From positions 124,001 through 188,000 of the forward strand of contig MCFH01000042.1 of the NCBI GenBank assembly GCA_002104945.1: 64,000 bases of DNA, read 5' to 3'. The stretch's first letter is position 1; each line of letters starts with the position of its first letter. The notes under the pieces were generated by a model. The model ran no database searches and had not been told where the DNA came from. It worked only from the letters and a program-made list of their open reading frames with translations. This stretch comes from Piromyces finnis finn (taxonomy: Eukaryota > Fungi > Neocallimastigomycota). This document shows, in pieces, positions 12,166-25,889 of this stretch. Position numbers and translations under genes: made by a program.

Positions 12166-13169
12166 TGTAATGTTGACACTAGAAGAATAGATTAGGATAT
12201 CTATTCTATTACAATGACACTAAATTTAAAATAAAAAAATAAAAATTGTTTTATTAAAAATATCTTTTATTATAGTAGAAATTTATTAATAACAATTACA
12301 TCGATAAAATGATGAAAAATATCTTCTATTTATATTTTTCCTAAATACATTTATATTATATTATAACTATTTATTTCTTATATATTATTATTTAAAATCT
12401 ACACTAAAATCTTAATTATTAATAAATATTTAAACTATAACTATTTTTAGTAAAATACAATTGGCAATTCAAATTAAGTATTATTCAATTTGAATATGTG
12501 CCCATGTATTATTGATATATTAATCCTTTAATAATTATATACTATATATCTATTTCTATTACAAAACAATACTGAAACTAGGGATTTAAATTGAGAATTT
12601 TAATTTACTTGTTAAACATTAAAATAAATTAATAATTTATTTTGTTTTAAATTTTAATTATTAATAAATAAATTATGTCTCATTTTCTTTTTCTGTAATA
12701 TAAATTGTGTAATTTAAACAATAATATTTGTGGCTTAAGTTACATTAAAGATATCAAGTTGAGGCATTTGATATCTTTACAAAAACCTACACTAAAATCT
12801 TAATTATTAATAAATATTTAAACTATAACTATTTTTAGTAAAATACAATTGGCAATTCAAATTAAGTATTATTCAATTTGAATATGTGCCCATGTATTAT
12901 TTATATATTAATCATTTATTATTTATATATTATTCATCTTTTTCTATCAAAAACAATACTAAAACTAAGAAATTAAATTGAGAAATTTAATTTATTTGTA
13001 AAACATAAAAAATAAATTAATAATTTATTTTGTTTCAAACTTTAATTATTAATAAATAAATTATGTCTCATTTTCTTTTTCTGTAATATAAATCGTGTAA
13101 CTTAAACAATAATACTTGTGGCTTATGTTACATTAAAGATATCAAGTTGAGGCGTCTGATATCTTTACA
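12166..13169 (-). repeat. Family B solo LTR (12166-12781) plus an adjacent partial copy (12782-13169)
   Basis: TGTAATGTTGACAC...GATATCTTTACA ends, same family as 17580, 20209 and 24419. No matching TSD. Confidence 0.85.
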
Positions 13170-13397
13170 GTGTTTTACAAAACTATACATTTATGAATAA
13201 AAGATTAATCGTTTTTATTCTGGTCCGATTTCCCCAGTTTCTCTTATTCAATTATATAAAAAAAATTGTATTAATAATAATATTATTGTGGATATTAGAA
13301 TAAGTTGATTAAAGTAAATACTCTAAATTTCACAAAATATTCAAATAAAATAAAGAAATATAAAATTAATAACCAATTCAATTCAATAATATCGCGT

Positions 13398-13742
13398 TTA
13401 TATTCCACTAAACAATAAAATAGAGGAAATACAATGTCCGTATTTACTTTGACAGCCATTGCTTATATTGAAATGATCACTACTGCTACAACAGAATCCA
13501 TACTTTGAGCAGCACTTTCCAGACGGGCATATTCCATATGAAGATCCACACTTGCCATCTGAAGATATTTTTCCACTTGAGTTAGAACTTGAACTGGAAC
13601 TAGAAGTGCAATGACCGTTTTTACTTTGACATCCGGATCCACATTGTTCACTTCCCTTGCCGCAATAGCCATACTTAGAACAACATTGTCTAGTGTTGTT
13701 CTTACTCAGACTAAATTTAATAATATTGCGTTTATCTTCCAC
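13398..13742 (-). pseudogene. Chitin-binding type-1 (hevein/CBM18) double-domain gene fragment
   Basis: QCCSKYGYCG...CGSGCQSKNGHC and GKCG...CPSGKCCSKYGFC...GCQSKYGHC with a Ser linker. The first domain is N-terminally truncated and no signal peptide is visible. Confidence 0.8.
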
Positions 13743-14697
13743 TAAACAATAAAATACTCAGACTAAATAACTAAATTCACCAATATTATAGATTTAATTA
13801 ACTAATATTAATATCTTTTATTCTACAACCTCACACTTCGCACCAATTTGATATATGTTTCTTTTATGTTGTAATTTAATATTAGTTTATTTATGATTTA
13901 TTATTAGGTGAATATATTTTTATTATTATAATTAATGCATCTTTTTAATAATTACATTTCTTTAATTAATTATAAAAAAACCTCTTCTAATTATTAATTA
14001 TTAAACATCAATGTTTTTATATTATAAAATTCCTATAATATAATTGAATATCAATTATATAATGTAATGTATTCATAATATATGAATAATAATTAAATAG
14101 GATATAATACAATATTAAAGTGAAATATTACTATAAGGAAAATAAGGAAAAAGTAATGTAATACAAATGAGGATTACAATAAAATGTAACTCTACATTTA
14201 ATAATGAATGAATAAATATTAATATATAATATTAATATTTAAGAATATAAAGAAATATGTACATGTATTCTATAATTAATATATAAATAATGTATTATAA
14301 TATATATCAATTACTATTATTATTATGAAATATTATATATAAATTTTTAAATATGAAAAGCAATATTTTAAATAATAAAAATTGATATGGCTAATACGTA
14401 GCTAGATATATTAATTTCATATCAGGAAATAAAGTAAAATAAATAAAAAATAACTATCTCTACAGCACGTAGACATTACGTTTACAACACTTTTAATACA
14501 TGTTTATGTTTTTATAAGTTAGTCACGTGTGTTCATAAATATATGATATAGATAAATAAAATCATGTGTCCATAAACGTTCACAACTATTATTGGTAAAA
14601 TATTATTAAATTAATATTTTAATTAATTTAATTAATAATTTCAAAATTATGAAATTTCATGAAATATCGAATTTCATGAATTGTGATTTTGACATTA

Positions 14698-14867
14698 TGT
14701 GAAGATATTAACTGGGTTTATAGCAAATTTAGATAATATCTATAATGAATTAAACATAAAAATTATAATTAAATAATTTCAATAATTATTTTAAAACACC
14801 TTTAAAAGTCACCTTTTGATATTTAATTCAGTGAAAGGGTTATGACTCAAAAATTTAATATCAATAC
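14698..14867 (+). repeat. Truncated family C LTR (first ~170 bp)
   Basis: Diverged match to 30258 onward (tgtgaagatattaactgg...gtgaaagggttatga), cut by an A-type LTR. Confidence 0.85.
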
Positions 14868-15576
14868 TGTAAAAGGTTTTATATATCAAAACAGATTATA
14901 AAATTTTTTATAATAAAACAATAAACACAAAATAAAAAGAAACAAGAAAATAAATTATTTAAAAATATCTCTTTTATTAATTTTATTTAGTTATTAACTA
15001 AATAATAGTCAATAACAATTACATTGTTTTAATCAAGAGATTTTACATGTATTTATATTTTTTGTAAATTATACTTTAATATACTATTCTATTTAATTAT
15101 ATATATTCAATATAAAATAAACAAAACTAATTTAATACTAATTTAATTAAATAATAAAAAAAAAACTAAACTAAAACTAATTAAATATACTTTTGATTCA
15201 ATTTGAGTAAAATGCAAATTGAATACAGTCCATGTATTACCTATATATTAATTAAATATTAATAATACTATTCATTATATATTTATTATTAAAAATGCTA
15301 ATTTAAAACTACGCTAAAGTTATTAAACTAATTTTAATTAAATAAAAACTTTTTAAGATTTAATTTGAATATTTAAAATATTTAAATTTAATTATCCATT
15401 AATTTAAATATTTATCCAAATTTTACTTCTAACTTTAGTATTTTAAAATTAATCTTTAATTATTCCATAAAATTTATAATAAATTTTACAAATAATTTTT
15501 TCATTAAAATATCAAAATTATTATTTAATAATTATTAATTATTAAATAATTTAAAGATATATTTTATATCTTTACA
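14868..15576 (-). repeat. Family A-type solo LTR
   Basis: TGTAAAAG...TATCTTTACA, colinear with the A LTRs. The flanks (AATAC/GTTTT) do not form a TSD. Confidence 0.88.
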
Positions 15577-15655
15577 GTTTTTAATAATATTTTTATAAAT
15601 TAATAATTTACATAATATTTTAAAGTGTTAATATTACTGAGTTATTTAGTAAATA

Positions 15656-15949
15656 TTATTTGTTTTTTATTGTTAAAGACACATTCTTTACAAAGTCAGC
15701 ATTTTTGATTTCAGAAATATCTAAGCATAAGGTAGTATTATCAAAGGGTTGTATTGAATTTATATTTGTACTATTATTAATATTTAAAAATAGAGTTCCA
15801 CCTTCATTGCATTTCTTCACGAAGACATTGGTACCTTCTACATTTAAGCGTGCTTGTAGATTAAACATGTTTACATAATAACCGTTTATTTTGTCTGTAG
15901 AAACAAAACATTTTTGTTTAGTGTTTTCATTACATTCTGTTAATATAGC
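15656..15949 (-). pseudogene. Possible exon fragment of an unidentified cellular gene
   Basis: Open frame ILTECNENTKQKCFVSTDKINGYVNMFNLQARLNVEGTN..., preceded by a 3' splice-like tttttacag. No recognisable family. Confidence 0.3.
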
Positions 15950-16272
15950 TGTAAAAATAATATATATCTTTCGATTATTTAATAATTAATTATTAATAAA
16001 TTAATATTTAGTATAATTGATTATAAAGCTTTTGGAATAAATTATTTTATAATTCCGTTAAATTTATTGATAAATATTTAAATTTAAAGAATAAATGAAT
16101 TTTAATTAAATATTTTAAATATTTTAAATAATCAAAATATTTTTTAAATACTTTTTATTTAAATTTAGAATAGTTTAATAATTTTAACTTAGTTTTAAAA
16201 ATAGATTTATTTATATTTCAATAGGAAATATATTATGAATAGAATTGTAACGAATACAAATAACAAAATTAG

Positions 16273-16866
16273 TGTGAAGATATCAAACGCCTCAGCTTGA
16301 TATCTTTAATGTAACTTAAGCCACAAATATTAACGTTTAAGTTACACAAATCATATTACAGAAAACGAAAACGTGACATAATTTATTTATTAATTTATTA
16401 ATAATTAAAGTTAAAACAAAAAATTATTAATTTATTTTTAATTTTCTACAAATAAATTAAATTTCTCAATTTAATTTCTTAGTTTTTGTATTGATTTTTT
16501 AATAGAGATAGATAGATAATATAATTATTTAATGATTAATATATCAATAATACACGGTCACATATTCAAATCGAGTAGTACTTGATTTGAATTGCCTATT
16601 TAGTTTTTCCAAAATGGTTATAGTTTAAATATTTTATTAATAGTTAAGATTTTAGTGTAGGTTTTAAATAATAATATATTTTAAATAAATAGTTAATATA
16701 AATGTATTTAGGAAAAATATAAATAGAAGATATTTTTCATCATTTTATCAATGTAATTGTTATTAAAATTTTTATTATAAAATATATTTTTAAAATAATT
16801 TTACTTATTTAGTGTTATTGTAATAGAATAGATATCCTAATCTATTCTTTCAGTGTTTGCTTTACA
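16273..16866 (+). repeat. Diverged family B solo LTR
   Basis: TGTGAAGATATCAAACGCCTC...GCTTTACA, the reverse orientation of the 12166 copy. Confidence 0.85.
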
Positions 16867-18640
16867 TTTAGTTATAATTTCTTCGGTCTTGATGCGTCAT
16901 GTAGTATTCACTGATATTATTTCTCTTAGTAAGATTTTCAATAGAGGACATCGGAATAAAGACGCTCTAACTGAGAAAGGTTTAGATTAATTACAGCTAA
17001 ATGTTAACGTATTTTTGGATGTAGTTCTTTTGTTAACATGTATATTTTAGTTGCTTCGTTGAAATCCGAATTTTGGCTAATGCGTTGGAATTCGCTGATG
17101 TATTCAAACACCTTGTCAAATTTTCTTTGTTTAATGTTGCAAAGTCTTCCATTTGCTACAATCGTATCATTCAGATCTCCGAAATTGGTACGAAGGGCGG
17201 CAATAAACTGATCAGTTTTTTAGAATGGCGTCGTTATTTTGTCCTAAACTAGCGGCCCATTCTAAAGGTCTAAACAAAGAAGGATAAAGAAGCGTACTCT
17301 CGCTTCATCATTAGCGAATCTATCAGGATTGGCTTCAATAGCTAGTTCAACCCTTGTCAAGAACCCGTCTAGTTCTTGTCTTCTTCCTGAGAAAGTTGGA
17401 GGATCATTAACTATCCTTAAAGTCGCCTCTTGATGATCCATATTTTCGTTTAAGTGGAAGTTAGATAAAGGTTGATTATTTTTTTTACAATATTCTAATT
17501 AAGATGTCGTTGTAACTCTCCTATCAAACGGTGTTAGACGAGCTCTTAAAAATATTGTAACAAAATTAAATACAGTAACAGTAATGCTGACACAGAAAGA
17601 ATAGATTAAGATATCTATTCTATTACAATAATAGTAAATGAATAAAATAAGAAATAAAATTGTTTTAAAAAATATCTTTATAATAGAAATTTTATTAATA
17701 ACAATTACATCGATAAGATGAAAAATATCTTCTATTTATATTTTTCCTGAATACATTTATATTATATTATGACTATTTATTTCTTATATTATTATTTAAA
17801 ATCTACATAAAATCTTAATTATTAATAAATATTTAAACTATAACTATTTTTAGTAAAATACAATTGGCAATTCAAATTAAGTACTATTCAATTTGAATAT
17901 GTGCCCATGTATTATTGATATTAATCATTTAATAATTATATACTTTATATCTTCTATTACAAAACAATACTAAAACTAGGGGTTTGAATTGAGAATTTTA
18001 ATTTATTTGTTAAACATTAAAAATAAATTATTAATAAATAAATTATGACCCATTTTCTTTTTCTGTAATATAATTCGTGTAACTTAAACAATAATATTTG
18101 TGGCTTAAGTTACATTAAAGATATCATTATGTGGCGTTTGATATCTTTATAGTAACTAAAGGGAGTTGGAAGCTTGAGTTTGTCAAAAATAATACCTAAT
18201 AGAAGATTATTTTTGGTATTAAGATTGCACCTTAAAACACGGTAGATACTCCTTAAGACACTGTAGATAACTTGAGGACAAGGTAGATATCCTGGAAAAC
18301 ATGATAGATTAGAAAAAAATACTAATATGTTTTATTAAAAAATTTATAACATGTTTTATTAGAACAAAAGGTAATTGTTATTGTAAAAGTTTTATACTAA
18401 AAAATAGATTATAAAATTTTAAAATAAAACAACATAAAATAAAAAAAACAAAAAAAAAAAACAAAAATATATATATTTAAAATTCCTTTTTATTAGTTTT
18501 ATTCAGTTATATACTAAATAATAGTCAATAACAATTATCGTTTCAATTAAGAAATTTTACATGTATTTATATTTTTTGTAAATTATATTTTAATATACTA
18601 TTCTATTTAATTATATATATTCAATATAAAATAAACAATA
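16867..18640 (-). pseudogene. Second, degraded 5' part of an A-family element (gag fragment, 5' UTR, PBS, partial LTR from 18382)
   Basis: 16867-17560 aligns with ~9820-10560. Residual gtagata units lie at 18235-18310, the PBS GTAATTGTTAT at 18371-18381, then TGTAAAAG. Confidence 0.88.
17580..18151 (-). repeat. Family B solo LTR inserted in the A-family 5' UTR
   Basis: TSD GTAAC at 17575-17579 and 18152-18156. Termini are mutated (AGT...ATA). Confidence 0.85.
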
Positions 18641-18892
18641 GTAAATTCTGAAAAATGACTTGATAGAAAACAATTATAAATAAACTATTAAGTAAAACGA
18701 CTTAATTATTAAATTAATAAATAAAATTTATAGAAACCACCAGTATATAATGGTTACATGTTTATCATGGTACTAGGAAAAAGAATAAAGTAAATGTTCA
18801 TCTATATTGTTAATGATTGTTAATGAGTCCGTTAATGAATATACATAATATTAAAATAAAAAGTTGTTTATTTTTTCTATTATCATATGTTC

Positions 18893-19465
18893 TGTAAAGA
18901 TATCAAACGCCTCAGCTTGATATCATTAATGTAACTTAAGCCACAAATATTATTGTTTAAGTTACACGAATTATATTACAGAAAAAGAAAATGGGTCATA
19001 ATTTATTTATTAATAATTTATTTTTAATGTTTAACAAATAAATTAAAATTCTCAATTCAAACCCCTAGTTTTAGTATTGTTTTGTAATAGAAGATATAAA
19101 GTATATAATTATTAAATGATTAATATCAATAATACATGGGCACATATTCAAATTGAATAGTACTTAATTTGAATTGCCAATTGTATTTTACTAAAAATAG
19201 TTATAGTTTAAATATTTATTAATAATTAAGATTTTAGTGTAGATTTTAAATAATAATAAGAAATAAATAATTATAATAATATAAATGTATTTAGGAAAAA
19301 TATAAATAGAAGATATTTTTCATCTTATCGATCGATGTAATTGTTATTAATAAAATTTCTATTAATAAAGATATTTTTAAAAACAATTTTTATTTTATTT
19401 TTTAATTTTGGTGTTATTGTAACAGAATAGATATCCTAATTTATTCTTTCAGTGTTGACTTTACA
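18893..19465 (+). repeat. Family B solo LTR
   Basis: TGTAAAGATATCAAACGCCTC...GACTTTACA, no TSD match. Confidence 0.87.
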
Positions 19466-19679
19466 TTATTTAATTAAATCAAAGATTTAGAATTATATAT
19501 TTTTTTTTGATTGGATTGCTTAAATATTGAAAAAATATAAATAGCTGTAAAATTAAAAGATTTTCCTTTGTGTTTTTATTAATAAATAAAATTAATAAAA
19601 AATAAATCAACAATATAAAATTTCTAATAAATTATTTTTTTGGTGTAATCAATAAAGCTTCTTAATTAATATAAAATTG

Positions 19680-20101
19680 AGGTAAGGAACGTTATACCTA
19701 GAAAATCAGGACCATATGAAATTATTGAATGCTTAGAAAATCAAAATTTCAAGTTAACTATCCAAACGAGACCGAAGACACCCCATTTTCCATATATCTA
19801 ATCTCGAGCCCTATATTGAGAAAAACCGAGACATCTAGAAGCTGCCACCCATTTTAATAAACGATGAACTAGAGTATGAAGTAAACGAAATATTAGGCTC
19901 TAATTCAAGAGTCCAATATTTCGTTTACTTCATTAATAACGGAGTACTTCAGTATCTTGTTGATTGGAAAGGATATCCTGCTGAAGATCATTCATAGGAA
20001 AACGCAGAAGACATACATGCCCCGAGTTACAGAAAGCTTTCCACAAAATGTTTCCAGACAAACCACATTCAATGTCGGATTCCAGACGACATTAGGAGGG
20101 C
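19680..20101 (+). pseudogene. Decayed chromovirus integrase C-terminus with chromodomain and PPT
   Basis: Fragments GPYEIIE, HPIFHISNLEPY, LEYEVNEILG and YLVDWKGYPAEDHS*EN, ending in taggagggc. Confidence 0.8.
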
Positions 20102-20208
20102 ATTATAATTTTTATTTCTTTTTTTCATTTAAATAATTGAAGTTACCAATCAATATGAATGATGTTTATTCATAATTATTATAAGAATATTTATAAATAG
20201 TAAATATA

Positions 20209-20813
20209 TGTAAAGCCAGACACAACCGAATAAATTAGGATATCTAACCTATTACAATAACAACACAAAAGATAAAATATGGTTTAAAAATAGTTTTCTT
20301 TTATTAATTTATTGTAATAAAATTATTAACAATTACATCGATAAAATGATGAAAAATATCTTCTATTTATATTTTTCCTAAATACATTTATATTATTATA
20401 ATTATTTATTTCTTATATATTATTATTTAAAATCTACACTTAAATCTTAATTATTAATAAATATTTAAATTATAACTATTTTTAGTAAAATACAAATGGC
20501 AATTCAAATTAAGTACTATTCAATTTAAATATGTGCCCATGTATTATTGATATATTAATCCTTTAATAATTATATACTATATATCTATTTCTATTACAAA
20601 ACAATACTGAAACTAAGGGTTTGTATTGAGAATTTTAATTTATTTGTTAAACATTAAAAATAAATAATTTATTTTGTTTTAAGCTTTAATTATTAATAAA
20701 TAAATTATATCTCATTTTCTTTTTCTGTAATATAATTCGTGTAACTTAAACAATAATATTTGTGGCTTAAGTTACATTAAAGATATTAATCTATGGCGTT
20801 TGATATCTTTACA
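20209..20813 (-). repeat. Family B solo LTR
   Basis: TGT...GATATCTTTACA with TSD ATATA at 20204-20208 and 20814-20818. Confidence 0.88.
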
Positions 20814-20959
20814 ATATAAATAATTTATAAAAATCATGTAAATTTTGTCTTTAGAATTAGTATTACGGTTAATTTGTATTAATAATATTAAATAGTAAAA
20901 TTATTAATAAAATATACTATTAATACAAACAATAGTTAATTAGTGTTGTGTTAATCTGA

Positions 20960-21745
20960 TTCTCTCGCATTGTTGCAGATACTTTCTACTCTGATATTTG
21001 CAACTTCCTTGATACCAAAAATATCCCATGTCCTCACCCTAACATTGAAAAATTTTCATTAAGAAATAGTTTTCATCTATTTGATTCAAAAATCTATGTA
21101 CTTCCTAATTGTCGTACTTCTATTCTCAAACTTTGCCATGACTCCCCCTCCGCTGTTCATTTTTGTTAAGAAGACATCTTCGCTTTTATCCCGTAATTTC
21201 AGGTGGACTTCTTTCTCTTCTGATGTCAAAGATTACATTCATTCATGTGATACTTGCTGTCGTTCAAAATCTTCCTGTCATAAACCTTATGGTTATCTGA
21301 ATCCTCTTGACTTCCCTGATCGTACTCGGTCTTCCATCTATGGACTTTATCACCGACCTTCTCTCAGATGATAGTTATTTTTGCATCCTTGTTATAATCG
21401 ATAGACTAACTAAATTGGGTCATTTTATTACCCTCAAGAATATTCCTTCTGCTGAAGATACAGCCTCTGCTTTCATCAAAAATATTTTCCGTCTTCATGG
21501 ATTTCCTGATGAAATTGTGACCGATCGCGACTCCTAATTTACTTCAAAGTTTTGGAATGCTGTTTGTTGTTCTTTTTAACATTTCTTTGAAATTTTCATC
21601 GTCTTTCCATCACCAGTCAAACGGACAGACGGAGAAAGTGAACTCCGTTATAGAATAACACCTTAGATGTTTCTTTAACTGCAAAGGTACAAATTGGAAA
21701 AAATATCTGAGTCTAGCAAAATTTAGTTATAATAATACAAGATTT
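20960..21745 (+). pseudogene. Decayed Ty3/gypsy integrase (zinc finger and core)
   Basis: CHDSPSAVH...DVKDYIHSCDTCCRSK...HKPYGYL, SMDFITDL, IDRLTKLGHF and LHGFPDEIVTDRDS, with stops and frameshifts. Confidence 0.85.
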
Positions 21746-21809
21746 AGTCAATTCAAGAGTGCACCAAAGACTCTAACGTATCATGTGATAAATATAATAC
21801 ATTATGTTC

Positions 21810-22445
21810 TTTAGGAATTAACAAAACTGAAGCAGAAATATTCGAAAGTGAATTAGCAAAAATAACAAGTTCACAACGTATCATCGAGTTAGTTAATTTA
21901 CAGAAAGAAAAATATCATAGAGATATTATCTACTTTTTTTCATTTTATAATTTCACCCAAAGAATTAATGATAATAGGTATAGGTATAGGTATAGGTCTA
22001 ATGAAAAGGACGATAATTTTATCAAATCTTTTAAAAAAACAAATATAATTGTAGAACTCTATGGTAATATAAAATAATAATAAAATGCATTCCAAAATTG
22101 GATAGAATAATGGAGAATGTAGATACTGATACTAACATTGATGATGATTTTATCTCATGTAAAATTAGAAAGCATGAAACCAGTTGAAATAGCTAGCACT
22201 CTTTCCGGAAAAGGAATTAAAGGATATTCTTATTCACCATTATTTGCTATTAAGGTTTCCACATCCCATAATAACGGTGATGATATTCAAATTAAAAATG
22301 GGAAATATATAAAGAAATAATATGTATAATTATAATAAATTTACTGAAGAAGCTCTTAGTGGTTGTTCTGAAACTTGGTCATTAAACGTAGTAAGAAATG
22401 ATGCTTTTACTATGAGCTGTTTGTTTCAAAATATTAAAAATAGAA
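21810..22445 (+). pseudogene. Decayed ORF of unknown family
   Basis: Largely one frame of ~200 codons with a few stops (LGINKTEAEIFESELAK...GKGIKGYSYSPLFAIKVS...). It is less AT-rich than its flanks and has no retroelement motif that I recognise. Confidence 0.35.
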
Positions 22446-23970
22446 TATTAAATAGAAAAACAAAAAGAAAACAAAGATAAAAAAAATAAAATAGAAAAAA
22501 TTTGATAATATAAATAAATAAATAAATAAATAAAATAAAATTAAATAAAAATATTAATCCTGTTTATAAAAAAATTAAATAATTAATGTCAAAATCACAA
22601 TTCATGAAATTTGACATTTCATGAAATTTCATAATTTTGAATTATTAGTTAAATTAATTAAAATATTAATTTAATAATATTTTACTAATAATAGTTTATT
22701 TAATATAAATATTAATTGGAAAGCTATTTATTATCCGGAGATAAATAGTGTAACAATTAATTAATATTAAACAAACCAATTAGTAAAATAAGATTCATTT
22801 AAATAATTATTAATATTATTTTTAACAACTTATTAATATCGATATTTAAAGAAAATTATATTATTATTATTATTATATTTTATTAATATTTATATTTATA
22901 TTATTATACATGTATAACTTAAATTATATTATTATTATACTTTATTAATATCAACATTATATTAAAAATGAAAGTATAAATAAGTTGAACAAAGAACGAT
23001 TTTAAGAAGTTCTTTGTGAGATTATTATACTCATTTTTATATAGTAAATTCAATATTTAAAATTAATAATTATCATTTATTTATATTATAAAAATTAAAA
23101 ATATTTCTTAAAAAACTATATTTATTACTCTTTTATTTATAAAAATTTATTATTTACTATATAATTAAGCCTATCCTAACCTAGTAGACTTAATTATAGT
23201 TCTAAATCCACTCTAACTCTTGACAAAATTAAATAAAAATATTAATCCTGTTTATAAAAAATTAAATAATTAACTAAATATATCTTTTTTTAATAAACAA
23301 TTATTAAACAAACAAAAAAAAATAAAAATAAAACATAATATAAAATTTTTATACACCATTCACTATTAGTAAAATAATAATAATTTTACATTTTATATTT
23401 TTTTCTATATAGAGATTTTAAATTTTTTAATTTTATATTGCTTTTATTTATTTAAAGTATTTTTTTATTTTTTTATTATTTAAAAAATTATTAATTTTAT
23501 ATATATAAATTTTGACTACTTTTATATTTTTTTTCTAAATTTATTTTAATAATTATTAATATAATATTTATATGTGTAGTTTATTTTTTTTCTTTTTATT
23601 CTATATTATTAGTTTTTATTATTATTATTTTATTTTATTTTATTGAAAAGTATTAGATTTCATTATTTTAAAATATTTATCAGTATATATTTAAATTTTT
23701 TTTATTATGCATATATTATTAACTTGAAAATAGAAAGCTAATTTTTAAAGTTTTTTTTTATTTTTTATTGTTAATTAATATCATATATTATCATATATTA
23801 TAGTATTTAAGATATAATATTTATTAGTAGTAAGAGTTTTTTTTTACTTTATTTATTAATTTTCAATAGTAAGAGTTCCTATTTTATAGCCAAGATTTTC
23901 ATAATACTTATTAGCAAATTTATATAAAGACTTGTATTAGGATCGTATATATTGAAATAAACATCGTAAT

Positions 23971-25284
23971 TGTAAAAGTTTTATAAAAAATTAACAGATT
24001 ATAAAATTTTTTACAATAAAACAAAAACACAAAATAAAAAAACAAAAAAAAAACAAAAATATATATATTTAAAATTCCTTTTTATTAGTCTTATTCAGTT
24101 ATTAGTCAATAGCAATCGCATCGTTTCAATTAAGAAATTTTAAATGTATTTATATTTTTTGTAGATTATATTTTAATATACTATTCTATTTAATTATACA
24201 TATATTCAATATAAAATAAACAGAACTAATGTAATACTAATTTAATTAAATAATAAAAAAAAAACTAAACTAAAACTAATTAAATATACTTTTGATTCAA
24301 TTTGAGTAAAATGCAAATTGAATACAGTCCATGTATTACCTATATATTAATTAAATATTAATAATACTATTCATTATATATTTATTATTAAAAATGCTAA
24401 TTTAAAACTACGCTAAAGTGTAAAGATATCAAACGCCTCTGTTTGATATCTTTAATGTAACTTAAGCCACAAGTATTATTGTTTAAGTTACACAAATTAT
24501 ATTCAGAAAAAGAAAATGAGACATAATTTATTTATTAATAATTAAAGTTTAAAACAAAATAAATTATTAATTTATTTTTAATGTTTAACAAGTAAATTAA
24601 TATTCTCAATTTAAATCCCTAGTTTTAGTATTGTTTTTTCATAGAAATAAATAAATAATAAATGATTAATATATCAATAATACATGGGCACATATTCAAA
24701 TTGAATAGTACTTAATTTGAATTGCCAATTGTATTTTACTAAAAATAGTTATAGTTTAAATATTTATTAATAATTAAGATTTTAGTGTAGATTTTAAATA
24801 ATAATATATAAGAAATAAATAGTTATAATATAATATAAATGTATTTAGGAAAAATATAAATAGAAGATATTTTTCATCATTTTATCGATGTAATTGTTAT
24901 TAATAAAATTTCTATTATAATAAAAGATATTTTTAATAAAACAATTTTTTATTTTATTTTAAATTTTGTGTTATTGTAATAGAATAGATATCCTAATCTA
25001 TTCTTTCTGTGTCAGCATTACATAAAGTTATTAAACAAATTTTAATTAAATAAAAACTTTTTAAGATTTAATTTGAATATTTAAAATATTTAAATTTAAT
25101 TATCCATTAATTTAAATATTTATCCAAATTTTACTTCTAACTTTAGTATTTTAAAATTAATCTTTAATTATTCCATAAAATTTATAATAAATTTTACAAA
25201 TAATTTTTTCATTAAAATATCAAAATTATTATTTAATAATTATTAATTATTAAATAATTTAAAGATATATTTTATATCTTTACA
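23971..25284 (-). repeat. Family A-type solo LTR interrupted by a B solo LTR
   Basis: TGTAAAAG at 23971 and TATCTTTACA at 25284. The sequence is continuous across the B insertion. Confidence 0.88.
24419..25022 (+). repeat. Family B solo LTR
   Basis: TGTAAAGATATC...GTCAGCATTACA with TSD TAAAG at 24414-24418 and 25023-25027. Confidence 0.93.
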
Positions 25285-25889
25285 TTTAAGTGTTATTGTC
25301 ATAGAGTAGATATCCTAATCTATTCTATTACAGTAACACTTAAATAAATAAAAATAAGAAATAAAATTGTTTTAAAAAATATCTTTTATAATAGAAATTT
25401 TATTAATAACAATTACATCGATAAGATGAAAAATATCTTCTATTTATATATTTCTTAAATACATTTATATTATATTATAATTATTTATTTCTTATATTAT
25501 TATTTAAAATCTACACTAAAATCTTAATTATTAATAAATATTTAAACTATAACTATTTTTAGTAAAATACAATTGGCAATTCAAATTAAGTATTATTCAA
25601 TTTAAATATGTGCCCATGTATTATTGATATATTAATCCTTTAATAATTATATACTATATATCTATTTCTATTACAAAACAATACTGAAACTAAGGGTTTG
25701 TATTGAGAATTTTAATTTATTTGTTAAACATTAAAAATAAATAATTTATTTTGTTTTAAGCTTTAATTATTAATAAATAAATTATATCTCATTTTCTTTT
25801 TCTGTAATATAATTCGTGTAACTTAAACAATAATATTTGTGGCTTAAGTTACATTAAAGATATCAAGTTGAGGCGTTTAATATCTTTAC
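25285..25889 (-). repeat. Family B LTR with a fold-back left end and its right terminus split by insertion J
   Basis: The B body is colinear with other copies. The terminal TTTACA is completed at 29289-29294, after J. Confidence 0.8.

Noticed and set aside
12166-25022. A and B repeats as MITEs or Helitrons
   Set aside because: TGT...ACA ends, 5-bp TSDs and the identity of A with the LTRs of a full-length element show they are solo LTRs.
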